From assembly GCA_965230025.1 (NCBI GenBank), contig CBDDKD010000005.1, positions 17,964 to 81,963 on the forward strand: DNA of 64,000 nt. The letters are read 5' to 3'. This document shows, in pieces, positions 1-8,273 of the stretch; position 1 is the first letter of the stretch, and each line of letters starts with the position of its first letter. The position numbers and the translations under genes were made by a program. Under the pieces are notes generated by a model. It was given only the letters and a program-made list of their open reading frames with translations. It was not told where the DNA came from and did no database searches. This DNA is from Hyphococcus sp. (GTDB lineage: Bacteria > Pseudomonadota > Alphaproteobacteria > Caulobacterales > Parvularculaceae).

Positions 1-484
1 CTTCATGGGCGAGGTCGTTGCGGCCGGTGAGGGCGATCATGTCGTCATGGGCCGAGAACGCCAGCATGTCCGCATTGTCCGTAAACTGACCATGGCATAC
101 CTCCGGGTTGGCGCGCCGCCACAGGGCGAGCTTCAACGCGACCCCGTCAAGGCGCGCGGCGCGCGTCGCGGCGATGGCGGTGACGGCGCTTCGCTGCGCG
201 TCCCAGAACGCGGCTTGGCGCGCCAGGACGGCGCGCACCGCCGGGCAATCATCCCATGAGACGCCGCGCGCGGTCGCGGCTTTTTCCGCATGCTCCAGCG
301 CGTCGAGGCTCGCCTGCATCTCACCGTCGTAAGTCAGCCAGTCGGCGTATAAGGCGAAGAGGGTAGCGTCGTCTCCGACAGGTCCCGACTGTTTTGCGAG
401 GGCCGGGCGGGGCGCGAGCGTCGCGGGGACAAGCGCGGCGGGGGTCGCCAGCACGATTTTGAGCAAACGTCGTCGATGGGTCAT
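1..484 (-). CDS. Tat-signal-like hypothetical protein, 3' end truncated by window edge; paralog of 13199..13807
   Basis: Manual translation from ATG at 484 gives MTHRRRLLKIVLATPAALVPATLAPRPALAKQ...LYADWLTYDGEMQASLDALE...DGVALKLALWRR...HDDMIALTGRNDLAHE, which is collinear with 13199..13807. AGGGA lies upstream. It is absent from the ORF track because it runs off the edge. Confidence 0.8.
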   Translation of the reverse strand, partial: MTHRRRLLKIVLATPAALVPATLAPRPALAKQSGPVGDDATLFALYADWLTYDGEMQASLDALEHAEKAATARGVSWDDCPAVRAVLARQAAFWDAQRSAVTAIAATRAARLDGVALKLALWRRANPEVCHGQFTDNADMLAFSAHDDMIALTGRNDLAHE

Positions 485-519
485 GACATTGCATTCCCTG
501 TGGTTAGAGTGTAAATTTT

Positions 520-576
520 AATAGCTGAGCAATTAATATCACATGCCAAAAGGCATTTCAATAGCTCAACAATTAA
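520..576. promoter_or_regulatory. Putative operator in the divergent promoter
   Basis: AATAGCTGAGCAATTAA (520-536) and AATAGCTCAACAATTAA (560-576) are direct repeats 40 bp apart, with the palindrome ATGCC-AAAA-GGCAT (543-556) between them, in an AT-rich spacer. Confidence 0.5.
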
Positions 577-606
577 AATGTTAAGTTTTTAGATGAAAAA
601 TACCAA

Positions 607-867
607 ATGAGCTTAAAAACAGTAGAACAGCTAAGAGCCGCCCGCGCCTTGCTGGATCTGAAGCAAAGCGACGTCGCCAAGATGTCCGGCGTCTCAGAAC
701 CATCAATAGTACGGTTGGAAAAAGGGTCGGGCCCTCTCGGCATTCAGATGGCGACCCTCGACAAGCTGCAACGGGCTTTCGAAAAATCGGGCGTCCGCTT
801 CATCGGCGAGGCTGAAGCCAGCCTCGACGGCGGCCCCGGTGTCCGGCTGAAGAAGGCGGCGGATTGA
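607..867 (+). CDS. XRE-family helix-turn-helix regulator (carries XRE-tail repeat copy A, ~778-870)
   Basis: QLRAARALLDLKQSDVAKMSGVSEPSIVRLE HTH and C-terminal GVRFIGEAEASLDGGPGVRL, typical of small alphaproteobacterial XRE proteins. Confidence 0.9.
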   Translation: MSLKTVEQLRAARALLDLKQSDVAKMSGVSEPSIVRLEKGSGPLGIQMATLDKLQRAFEKSGVRFIGEAEASLDGGPGVRLKKAAD

Positions 868-881
868 GGGCGCTTGGACGA

Positions 882-1766
882 GGAATTATCACATGCCTAT
901 GTTGTTCACTTATGAGCGAACGGAAGCCGGTATTACCGGCATCATTGGCAAGCGGCTGACGTACCGAAGTTCTGACCCAGGTCTACAAACATAAGGTTGA
1001 GGCCGTGATCGAGCATGACGAAAACAAATGAAAACCAGAATATAACAGTTTCGGATATTCAGCATGTTCGCGAGATGCCTTCGGAGTCCGAAAGACACCC
1101 AACCACACTGTACGTGGTGCCTCAGCGCGTGCCTGAGCGCGATCAATCACTAGGTCAATTCATGGGCAAATGGAGCGGCCTTGAACAAACGCTACAGTCT
1201 TTGATGCACACACTTATGGGCGGGCCATATTCTGCTGTTGGTGTCATTTTTTCAAACTGCTCAGGTGTAAAACAGATAAGTGATCTAGTCAGCGGACTAG
1301 CCGAGCTGAAACTAAACGCTTCGGAGTTTGGGCAGTTAAAGTCTTTATTGGAGCGGTTGCGAAAAAAGAATACTAAGAGAAACCGCATTGTGCATGGTGT
1401 ATGGGTGCCCGAAATTACAATAGACGGTGATGAAAAAAACCGCCCAATAGTTGGGAAATATGTTTGGGCGCGGATTTACACACCAACAAGCCCGGCTGAA
1501 CAGGCAAAGGTTCAAGATAGAAAAAATACCAAAGAGCGCTCTAAATATCGCTTCACTATCGAAGACCTAAATAAGATAACACTAGAAATTATGACTCTGC
1601 GAAAGGACTTTGAGACGTTTCAAAATCCGATATCAAAGCGACTTCACCCTGAAGGACCGAATATGCAATAGCTGCCGCTATTCTTCGGGCCGTAACAAGA
1701 GATAAATCGCCAACGCAAGCTAAAAAACTAAGATACCAGCCTCGAATATATTTGACGTGATAGCAA
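882..1766 (+). mobile_element. Internally deleted IS1595-family element with passenger gene
   Basis: Left end GGAATTATCACATGCCTAT (882-900). Positions 899-994 translate to ...ERTEAGITGIIGKRLTYRSSD*, the GKRLTY C-terminus of IS1595 transposases. Degenerate right end ATATTTGACGTGATAGCA (1748-1765). No target duplication seen. Confidence 0.6.
1015..1671 (+). CDS. Hypothetical protein with HEPN-like Rx4H motif
   Basis: 218-aa AT-rich ORF, apparently helical, with RNRIVHG motif. Confidence 0.65.
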   Translation: MTKTNENQNITVSDIQHVREMPSESERHPTTLYVVPQRVPERDQSLGQFMGKWSGLEQTLQSLMHTLMGGPYSAVGVIFSNCSGVKQISDLVSGLAELKLNASEFGQLKSLLERLRKKNTKRNRIVHGVWVPEITIDGDEKNRPIVGKYVWARIYTPTSPAEQAKVQDRKNTKERSKYRFTIEDLNKITLEIMTLRKDFETFQNPISKRLHPEGPNMQ

Positions 1767-1818
1767 TTTCTGCTTTCGCATCATTGCGGTCAGAGAAGCG
1801 GTAAACTACGGTTTCGCC

Positions 1819-2211
1819 ATGGAGATGAAACGCAAACATCGTAGATGGATTTGGCTCGCGACTGCGATCATGGCTCTGGGCGCTTTCGTTGCGTTAAACT
1901 GGCAAACACTTACTCTATCGGCAGCGTTTGCATTGGCGGAGCGGCGTCCCGCTTTGCTGGTTGACGCTGAATGGAACGAACCAGCTTCGGCGCGCAAATT
2001 TTTAAATCGCTTTCCGCCTGAAACAAACGAAAACGAACTCCTTGAATGGCTGGGCGCCAACAAGTTCGACATTGATCGTAATGCGGGGCGGGCTGACAGG
2101 CGGATAAGCGGCCTGCCATGCAATGAGATTATCAAGATCAAATGGTCGACGGGGCCGAACAATAGGATCGACGATGTAGATGTTCGCGTTTCCGAAGCGG
2201 GTTGTCTGTAA
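1819..2211 (+). CDS. Hypothetical protein with N-terminal membrane anchor
   Basis: 130 aa; basic N-terminus followed by hydrophobic WIWLATAIMALGAFVAL. Confidence 0.65.
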   Translation: MEMKRKHRRWIWLATAIMALGAFVALNWQTLTLSAAFALAERRPALLVDAEWNEPASARKFLNRFPPETNENELLEWLGANKFDIDRNAGRADRRISGLPCNEIIKIKWSTGPNNRIDDVDVRVSEAGCL

Positions 2212-2254
2212 GACGGGCCGTGGGCCGTGTATGATTTATCTGCGACAATGTAAG

Positions 2255-3937
2255 ATGAAACGCTCAACCTTGATTTTTTTGGTGATTGGTCTGTTTGTTA
2301 TGGCGCTTGTCCCTTTTTTATCGAACACGAAAGCATGGACTGAGGGCAGGCTCCCCGAGCCGTGGCCATCGGGCAAGCCATCTATCTTTCAATTTATCGA
2401 AGAAAATGGATCGGGCGATGGCCATGGAGATGATCATGACGACCTGCGATTGCCTGATGAAGTCGAAGAAGAAAACAGCATACGGTGGGTGTCCGGCGGC
2501 TTAGACGGCGCATTTGGTCACCATGGAGGCGCCGCTGGCGACAACGGGAATGTTTCAGCTATCTTTAATGCTTTGAAGCGCGTTTTGAAAAACCCCAGTC
2601 ATCGTAACATGACAGCGTATTACGAGCTCATCAAAGATGAGTATGCGCTGGATTTCATTGATGAATTACTGGAGAAAATTCTAAATGACAGATCATTGAA
2701 CAATGACCGGCTGATCCGGCTTTCATCATGGATTGCTGAAAATTCTCCAGATCGAGGTCCCGTCAAAGTCAGCGTCGCCGTGATGGGTGTCTTGTCGAAT
2801 GGCGAATTTGATCAACTATTCCTTACGTTAGGAAGGCACGATGAGTTCACGCTTTATTCAGCAGTTGCGCTAGCACACTCATCGAGTGAGCCCGAGGAGA
2901 AGGTCTGGCAGTTGGCAAACTCCGTACACGGATGGGGACGAATACAAGCCGTAGAACGGCTGAGCGATACGAAAAACCCCGAGATTAAAGCGTGGATGGT
3001 GAGGGAAGGGTACAAGAATAACATCATGTACGAGTATTTAGCGTACTTGTGCGCCACAACAGGCGGATTAGTCGATGAGCTTCGCAAGCCCAAACCAGAC
3101 GAAGAGCTGTTGAAAGGCGCCGGCGATATAATCTCTGCTTTAATTATGGGCGGCCCTGCGGAGGATATGGGTGATTATGCGTTTGGCGCGGAAGCTACCG
3201 AACTCTACTTACAACACATTTCACGCCAGGATTTGGGTTTGAATGAATTTATCCTGGCAGACACGATCAAGAGATATGCTTTTGAGGTTACACCTGCTGC
3301 TGGACAAGAACGACAGGATTGGACGCTCGAACGGGTCGAGTCTATCTTAATGCTCTCCAACTCCATAATTACCCGCGATGGCTGGGATGAACAAGTTGCT
3401 CTCGAAATTCAATCAGATGACAGACGAAAATTTTGGACAGCTAACCAAGCAGCCAAGCTTCTTGGGATAGACACATGGCGTGTCCATTTTGACCGGACAA
3501 AAAACAACCCCAAAGATGGGAATTGGTTTGAGTTATTACAAACGGATGACGTCGAGCGAGTACGGCAAGTCATAGAATATGCGACAGAGCAGCTTCCTCT
3601 GAGTGAGATTGCGACCGGCCCAAGTGACTTATTAGGGCTCGGAAGAGAATTTTGGGCTCACTCTGCGCTTGATTATATCGTGCAAGACTTACGGCGTTTT
3701 CCCGGCGAGGGGTGGGTGTTAGTAAAGACGGCAATGGGAAGCCCTGTCGTGCGAAACCGCAATATGGCGCTGAACGCCCTAAACGAATGGCCGCGTAACT
3801 CTTGGCCTGAGGAAGCCGAGAAAGTGCTCTGTCACGCAGAGCAAGTTGAGACGGAACACGATCTGAAAGAAAGAATTGTGGGGCTTCTTGCCGGCGATGA
3901 TATCAGCCCAAAGCCATTGGAATTCAGCGACGAGTAA
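2255..3937 (+). CDS. Conserved hypothetical alpha-helical repeat protein with signal or anchor sequence
   Basis: Long ORF, likely start MKRSTLIFLVIGLF. Motifs LGRHDEFTLY, GWGRIQAVERL and EGYKNNIMYEYLAY resemble a family loosely annotated as 'limonene hydroxylase'; that function is not supported here. Confidence 0.75.
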   Translation: MKRSTLIFLVIGLFVMALVPFLSNTKAWTEGRLPEPWPSGKPSIFQFIEENGSGDGHGDDHDDLRLPDEVEEENSIRWVSGGLDGAFGHHGGAAGDNGNVSAIFNALKRVLKNPSHRNMTAYYELIKDEYALDFIDELLEKILNDRSLNNDRLIRLSSWIAENSPDRGPVKVSVAVMGVLSNGEFDQLFLTLGRHDEFTLYSAVALAHSSSEPEEKVWQLANSVHGWGRIQAVERLSDTKNPEIKAWMVREGYKNNIMYEYLAYLCATTGGLVDELRKPKPDEELLKGAGDIISALIMGGPAEDMGDYAFGAEATELYLQHISRQDLGLNEFILADTIKRYAFEVTPAAGQERQDWTLERVESILMLSNSIITRDGWDEQVALEIQSDDRRKFWTANQAAKLLGIDTWRVHFDRTKNNPKDGNWFELLQTDDVERVRQVIEYATEQLPLSEIATGPSDLLGLGREFWAHSALDYIVQDLRRFPGEGWVLVKTAMGSPVVRNRNMALNALNEWPRNSWPEEAEKVLCHAEQVETEHDLKERIVGLLAGDDISPKPLEFSDE

Positions 3938-3939
3938 TT

Positions 3940-4041
3940 CACATCGGTACGCCCTAAGGCACGGTGCGCTGCATCAGCGAGACCGAAGCAAACCTCGGCG
4001 GCGGCCCCGGCGCGCGCCTCGCCAAACCGGTTGAGGAGTAA
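3940..4041 (+). repeat. XRE-tail repeat copy B (chimeric)
   Basis: 3964-4041 encodes VRCISETEANLGGGPGARLAKPVEE*. The left half resembles gene 607 and the right half resembles gene 14246. The left arm CACATCGGTACGCCCT resembles copies E and F. Confidence 0.85.
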
Positions 4042-4053
4042 ACCCCCGCCGTT

Positions 4054-4141
4054 TGTCATCACCGGGTTCAGCCCGGTGATCCAGCAAACTGAAAACATCA
4101 TAGCTTCTAACTGGATTGCCGGAACAAGTCCGGCAATGACA
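4054..4141. repeat. REP-like palindromic doublet 1
   Basis: TGTCATCACCGGGTTCAGCCCGGTGATCCAG (4054-4084) and inverted partner CTGGATTGCCGGAACAAGTCCGGCAATGACA (4111-4141). Confidence 0.85.
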
Positions 4142-4171
4142 ACAAGAATGGAAGCAGGCAAGCAAGCCGCT

Positions 4172-4211
4172 ATGATGACGCCCGAACGTGTCGAGCCGCG
4201 GGCGCCTTCCT
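4172..4211 (+). pseudogene. 5' fragment of an XRE gene of the 14246 type
   Basis: ATGATGACGCCCGAAC-GTGTCGAGCCGCGGGCGCC aligns with ATGATTACGCCCGAACAGTGTCGAGCTGCGCGCGCC at 14246, with a 1-nt deletion. Confidence 0.7.
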
Positions 4212-4398
4212 CCTTTTATAGGTCAGCAGGGCAGATGCGGCTTTATTATCTCCAGCGTTTTCGCCTTCGCCATATATCATTTCTATTTTACTAGCAGAAA
4301 GCGTTGAACGACAATTGCGTCGCATAAATTTGTAAAACAGCGTATACGGATTATATGTTCAGGATCACGCAACGTGATGAAATAGTGGTTGAGGAGAG

Positions 4399-4435
4399 TA
4401 TGCTGCGTCGCAACAAAATGTTGCGGCGCAGCATA
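4399..4435. promoter_or_regulatory. PhaR/AniA-like boxes forming an inverted repeat upstream of the sRNA
   Basis: TATGCTGCGTCGCAACA-AAA-TGTTGCGGCGCAGCATA, which contains TGCnnnGCA motifs of the alphaproteobacterial PhaR type. Confidence 0.55.
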
Positions 4436-4451
4436 TTTTATGGTATTTTTT

Positions 4452-4533
4452 GAACGGCGGTATTGCCGCCAATGCCCAGTATCTGGGCATTTCCTCCCTA
4501 AACTTGGCCGCGGGCTCGCCCCGCGGTCCTTTT
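4452..4533 (+). ncRNA. SuhB/MmgR (alpha-r8)-like small RNA
   Basis: Hairpins GGCGG-TATTG-CCGCC and AATGCCCAG-TAT-CTGGGCATT, then the family hallmark TTTCCTCCCTAAACTTGGCCGC (anti-SD), then a terminator hairpin and T-tract. Confidence 0.75.
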
Positions 4534-4783
4534 AGATAGGACGACGGTATAGCGCTATATGTAAACTGTAAATATGCCGAATAGCAGGGCGGGCGGATCG
4601 CCGACCCCGTTGGCGCCAATAAAAATCAGCACACGTCATTTATCTTTACGGGCTGAAAAAAAAGAGCTGCGCGAATCGGGCGCGCGTATAGTTTTCAGAC
4701 CGCCGAACGATGAAAACGCACAGCCCTGAGGAATGCGCGTTTTCAACCGATATTTTTATACGAAAGGATCCAGGCCGCTTACT

Positions 4784-5083
4784 TTAATGTGCGGCGTCCG
4801 CAAGTCTGGTCCGTTGCGTGTCTTCGAGTTCGGCCATGGCGACCGCGACCGTATCTCGGATGCAGGCGCGGGTCCTGAAATCGGCGAACCAGTCGCCGCG
4901 ATATATAGACTTGCATTCTTTTTTCGCAGCCAACTCAATTTTCTCGCGGACCTGCTCCAGATAAGCCGGATCATCAAGTTGAGCGCGATCGTACTCGACA
5001 ACTTCGTCGGCAAGGGCCGGTCCGGACAACACAAAAAATGCTGCGGTTGCGATGATTGTTCGTCGGGTCATTTCTATCTCCAA
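4784..5083 (-). CDS. UrcA family secreted protein
   Basis: Signal peptide, L.DP....VREKIELAAKKEC and a second Cys (RACIRDTV), matching the UrcA pattern. Confidence 0.8.
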   Translation of the reverse strand: MEIEMTRRTIIATAAFFVLSGPALADEVVEYDRAQLDDPAYLEQVREKIELAAKKECKSIYRGDWFADFRTRACIRDTVAVAMAELEDTQRTRLADAAH

Positions 5084-5286
5084 ATCAATAGGTTAAGAAT
5101 GATCCGAGCATTTCCCCGTAGTTAGTGCGCAATTTTATATTGCGTTGCAACATTGATAGCCATGCTCAATGGCGAATGCAAGAATGAATGTCTCACTAAA
5201 TGTTCAGGCGGAGAATCGCCGATCATCACCTCTCTCACCGAAAGCCCGGTTTCAGGCGCGTCATTATCTTTCAGGTTGAGCCCCCC

Positions 5287-5384
5287 ATGAAAGCAGAAGG
5301 CATACGCTTTGTCGGCGACAAGGAAGCAAGTCTCGCCGGCGGGCCGGGCGTCCGGCTGGAAGAGGCGCCGGATTGAGGGCTCCG
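5287..5384 (+). repeat. XRE-tail repeat copy C
   Basis: 5287-5376 encodes MKAEGIRFVGDKEASLAGGPGVRLEEAPD*, a near copy of 14150-14244 including the downstream GCTCCGG. Confidence 0.9.
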
Positions 5385-5396
5385 GTCACTGACAGC

Positions 5397-6272
5397 CTAA
5401 GCCCAAAACGGGTGAGGTAGGGCGCCGTCGACAGCCTGTTGAGCGGTTTCGTAAAGCGAATCCAGCGCCTGTTTCATGATCGCCGGCGAAGAAAAATCCT
5501 GTTGATAAACCGCATAGGCCGGATAGGCGAAATCGGGCGCGTCAGGCGCAATCGACAGCAGGCCTTCGTCGATATGCGGCTGCACGATGCGTTCGGGAAA
5601 GTAAGCGGCGCCGCCATTGTTTAAAAGCAGGTTGACGCCAAGGGCGCCGAGATCGAGGGTTAATCCCGGCGAATGAAGATCGGGAAACGCGCGGTTGTGC
5701 ATTTCCCGGAACGCTTCGCCCCAGTCGACAAAAATATAGTTATCCGTAAACGGAATAGCAGGGTCCGTCGTGACGAGGATCAGGCGGTCTTCCAGCAACT
5801 CCTCAATCACAAGACCCGGCCGGTGTTCCGGCTGGTAAATCACCACAAGGTCCATGACGCCTTCGGTCATTTCCCGGATGAGGCGTTGCGGCATCCCGAC
5901 CTCGCACCGGACGGCGACAGTGGGCGCCAGATCGCGAAAGGCGGGGACCCAGCGAAGCAGGAGCCGGTTCCAGAGGCTATACTGACCGCCGACGATCAGT
6001 GTGTCTTCATAGCCGTCAGGCACGGCGACCTGGTGTTTGGCTTCCTCCCAGACACGCACCATCGATCGGGCGTAACGATAAAACTGATGTCCGGCAGGGG
6101 TGAGCGCACAGCTCGACTTGGTGCGAATGAAGAGCGTTTTGCCGAGTTGCTCCTCAAGTCCTTTGATGCGGGCGCTGATTGTCGATTGGGTCACGTGAAC
6201 CCGTTTGGCGGCAGCGACGAAGTTGCCCCCCTCGATAACCGCCAGAAAGGTTTTTGCGGCGACGACATCCAC
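5397..6272 (-). CDS. LysR-family transcriptional regulator (HdfR-like)
   Basis: N-terminal TFLAVIEGGNFVAAAKRVHVTQSTISARIKGLEEQLGKTLF LysR HTH; 291 aa. Confidence 0.93.
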   Translation of the reverse strand: MDVVAAKTFLAVIEGGNFVAAAKRVHVTQSTISARIKGLEEQLGKTLFIRTKSSCALTPAGHQFYRYARSMVRVWEEAKHQVAVPDGYEDTLIVGGQYSLWNRLLLRWVPAFRDLAPTVAVRCEVGMPQRLIREMTEGVMDLVVIYQPEHRPGLVIEELLEDRLILVTTDPAIPFTDNYIFVDWGEAFREMHNRAFPDLHSPGLTLDLGALGVNLLLNNGGAAYFPERIVQPHIDEGLLSIAPDAPDFAYPAYAVYQQDFSSPAIMKQALDSLYETAQQAVDGALPHPFWA

Positions 6273-6398
6273 GGCTTTCTCCTTAATTCGCTATTTTCGA
6301 TATTATCATCCGATTATATTCGTTTGTAAAATGTAATAATTTCTCCAATTAGAGGGTGAGCGGGCCTTCGCCCGTACCCAGATTGAAGGAGACACGAC

Positions 6399-6986
6399 AT
6401 GAAAACAGGTTTGTTCACATCCGCCGCGATGGCGCTGATGCTTTCCACATTTACCGTTACGGGCGCATCCGCCGGTAAAACCGATGAGATTGTCGCGCCG
6501 GGCGCCATCACGGACAGCGCGTCGCCAGTGGCGAGCGAGCTTTCGCAATTATGGGTCGACGGCAGGCGCCAGGAAGTAACCGGCCTCGCCCAGATCAAAG
6601 ACGGCGAGAAGCTGATCAAGAAAGCGCAAAAAGACGAGCGCAAGGCGATGGAAAAACATGCAAAAGCGCTTAAAGCGTCCGACGAACAGCGCGCCGCCTA
6701 TGCGCGTCTTGTCGCTGGGTTTGGCTCTGCATTGACGCCATATGCAGTGGAAACAGAAATCAAGGCGCTGAAAAAAGCGGCTGATGACTGGAAAGATGCA
6801 TATCAGAAAGTCGAGAAAGCCGACGCCAAAGTGAAAGAGGCGAAAACGGCGCTCGCCAACGGTCAATCGACAGTGCGTACCGGCAACGAACTTGTCGCGG
6901 CGGGCCGGGAGAAAATGCGCCGGGCGGAAGTTGAAAGCGCGCCCGGATATCAGCCTGTAACGCAGGCCAAAAGCGGCGGCCTTTAA
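6399..6986 (+). CDS. Secreted coiled-coil hypothetical protein divergent from LysR
   Basis: GAAGGAGA RBS, signal peptide, Ala/Lys-rich helical body. Confidence 0.8.
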   Translation: MKTGLFTSAAMALMLSTFTVTGASAGKTDEIVAPGAITDSASPVASELSQLWVDGRRQEVTGLAQIKDGEKLIKKAQKDERKAMEKHAKALKASDEQRAAYARLVAGFGSALTPYAVETEIKALKKAADDWKDAYQKVEKADAKVKEAKTALANGQSTVRTGNELVAAGREKMRRAEVESAPGYQPVTQAKSGGL

Positions 6987-7006
6987 CAGCGACATTGCTG
7001 TTGGCG

Positions 7007-7057
7007 GCGCGGCGGAGCAGGAACCTTATGGCGCAGGGTTTCTCTTCGCCGCGCCGT
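7007..7057 (+). terminator. Long hairpin downstream of 6399..6986
   Basis: CGGCGCGGCGGAG...CTTCGCCGCGCCG stem with an inner AGGAACC/GGTTTCT pairing; no clear U-tract. Confidence 0.4.
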
Positions 7058-7112
7058 TCGTTCGTGCAAGCGTGGTCGGGTTCTTGCGTCTTAAGAAGGT
7101 GCTTTGACCAAG

Positions 7113-7151
7113 GGCCCCGGCGCGCGCCTCGCCAAACCGGTCGAAGAGTAA
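7113..7151 (+). repeat. XRE-tail repeat copy D1
   Basis: Encodes GPGARLAKPVEE* and begins at the GGCCCCGG core; the following spacer ACTCCTGCCGTT matches copy B. Confidence 0.85.
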
Positions 7152-7163
7152 ACTCCTGCCGTT

Positions 7164-7267
7164 TGTCATCACCGGGGCTGAATTGCTTACTCAATCCAGC
7201 CCAGTGATCCAGCAAACTGAAAACATCAGCCTCTTACTGGATTGCCGGGACAAGCCCGGCAATGACA
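7164..7267. repeat. REP-like palindromic doublet 2 (first loop expanded)
   Basis: TGTCATCACCGGG...CCCAGTGATCCAG, spacer CAAACTGAAAACATCA as in doublet 1, then CTGGATTGCCGGGACAAGCCCGGCAATGACA. Confidence 0.85.
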
Positions 7268-7271
7268 AGGC

Positions 7272-7361
7272 GCTGGATACCGAAAACATACGTTTTGTCG
7301 GTGACAAGGAAGCGAGCCTCGACGTCGGCCCCGGGTGGGGCTGGAGGAAGTGACGGATTAA
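7272..7361 (+). repeat. XRE-tail repeat copy D2 (degenerate)
   Basis: Encodes ENIRFVGDKEASLDVGPG, then a frameshifted tail ending GATTAA. Confidence 0.85.
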
Positions 7362-7378
7362 AAGCGCCTGTTGTCAGG

Positions 7379-7919
7379 TTATGCCTCGCCCCAGTCAAAA
7401 CCGTCAGCTCCGGCCAGTTCGACAAACTGCCGTCCAAGAACGAAATTGTGGTGCGCGATGATCTGATCGGCTTTGAGGACGTCATTGTCCCAGGTGCTAT
7501 GGCAATCGGAAAGGAGGTTGACCGCATAACCGAGGCTGTTGGCGCGCCGACAGGTCGTATCGATGCAAAAGTCAGTCTGGTTGCCGACGACAACCAGGCG
7601 GGTCGTTTCAAGAGTTTTCAGATGGTCCTTTAGACTGGTTTTATAGAAAGCATCCGGCCTCGTTTTTTCGATCACGGTTTCGTCCGTCACCTTCATCGAA
7701 TCATGAAGCATCCAACCTTTTGAACCCTGTTCAAGAGGGTGGCCTTGAGGTCCTTTATGCTGAATGAAGATGAGAGGGATATTCTTCGCGCGGGCGGAAG
7801 CCAGCACCGAAAGAATTCGATTAAGGGACGGCTTCGCTTTCATAAACCGGTGGCATGTGTTCGCCGTCGAAAAAGGCGTTCTGCACATCCACGAGCAGAA
7901 GAGCTGTCGATTTTTGCAC
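7379..7919 (-). pseudogene. Isochorismatase/cysteine hydrolase family gene with a +1 frameshift
   Basis: AGGAGG plus GTG at 7919 gives MQKSTALLLVDVQNAFF...ESEAV. An extra base in the G-run at 7825-7827 shifts to LNRIL...IEKTRPDAF...GNQTDFCIDTTCRRA, giving the D-K-C triad across the two frames. Confidence 0.8.
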
Positions 7920-8145
7920 TCACGCCTCCTTTTGCTCAGGCTATTCCTATAAAAATATCATGAATTTCCCGCCAAGAATACAGACAAGCAAGGGCGGCGA
8001 CATACTGATCAAGGGAAAACTCCATTCCTATGCGCGACCATTGAGCCGTCGCAAAGCTTACGGCGAATAACTATTTCCGGACATCGATGCGTCTACCATT
8101 GCAATATCATATAAATACGTGGACAGATCAATTTAAGAAACAGGC

Positions 8146-8256
8146 TGGCCGGATAACCACATGGCGGTGCGTCCTGCGGGCGTGCGCTTTATCGGTGAGT
8201 CCGAAGTCAGCCACCACGGCGGCCCGACGTTAGATTGGAGAAGGCGGGGGATCTGA
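8146..8256 (+). repeat. XRE-tail repeat copy E
   Basis: TGGCC..ATAACC.CATGGCGGTGCGTCCTGCGGGCG left arm, then GVRFIGESEVSHHGGP and a frameshifted RLEKAGD. Confidence 0.85.
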
Positions 8257-8273
8257 CGTTAATCGACCACGGG

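Noticed and set aside
5-332. ORFs 5..259, 108..332 and 133..324 (likewise 13229..13537)
   Set aside because: These are shadows of the minus-strand Tat-like genes.
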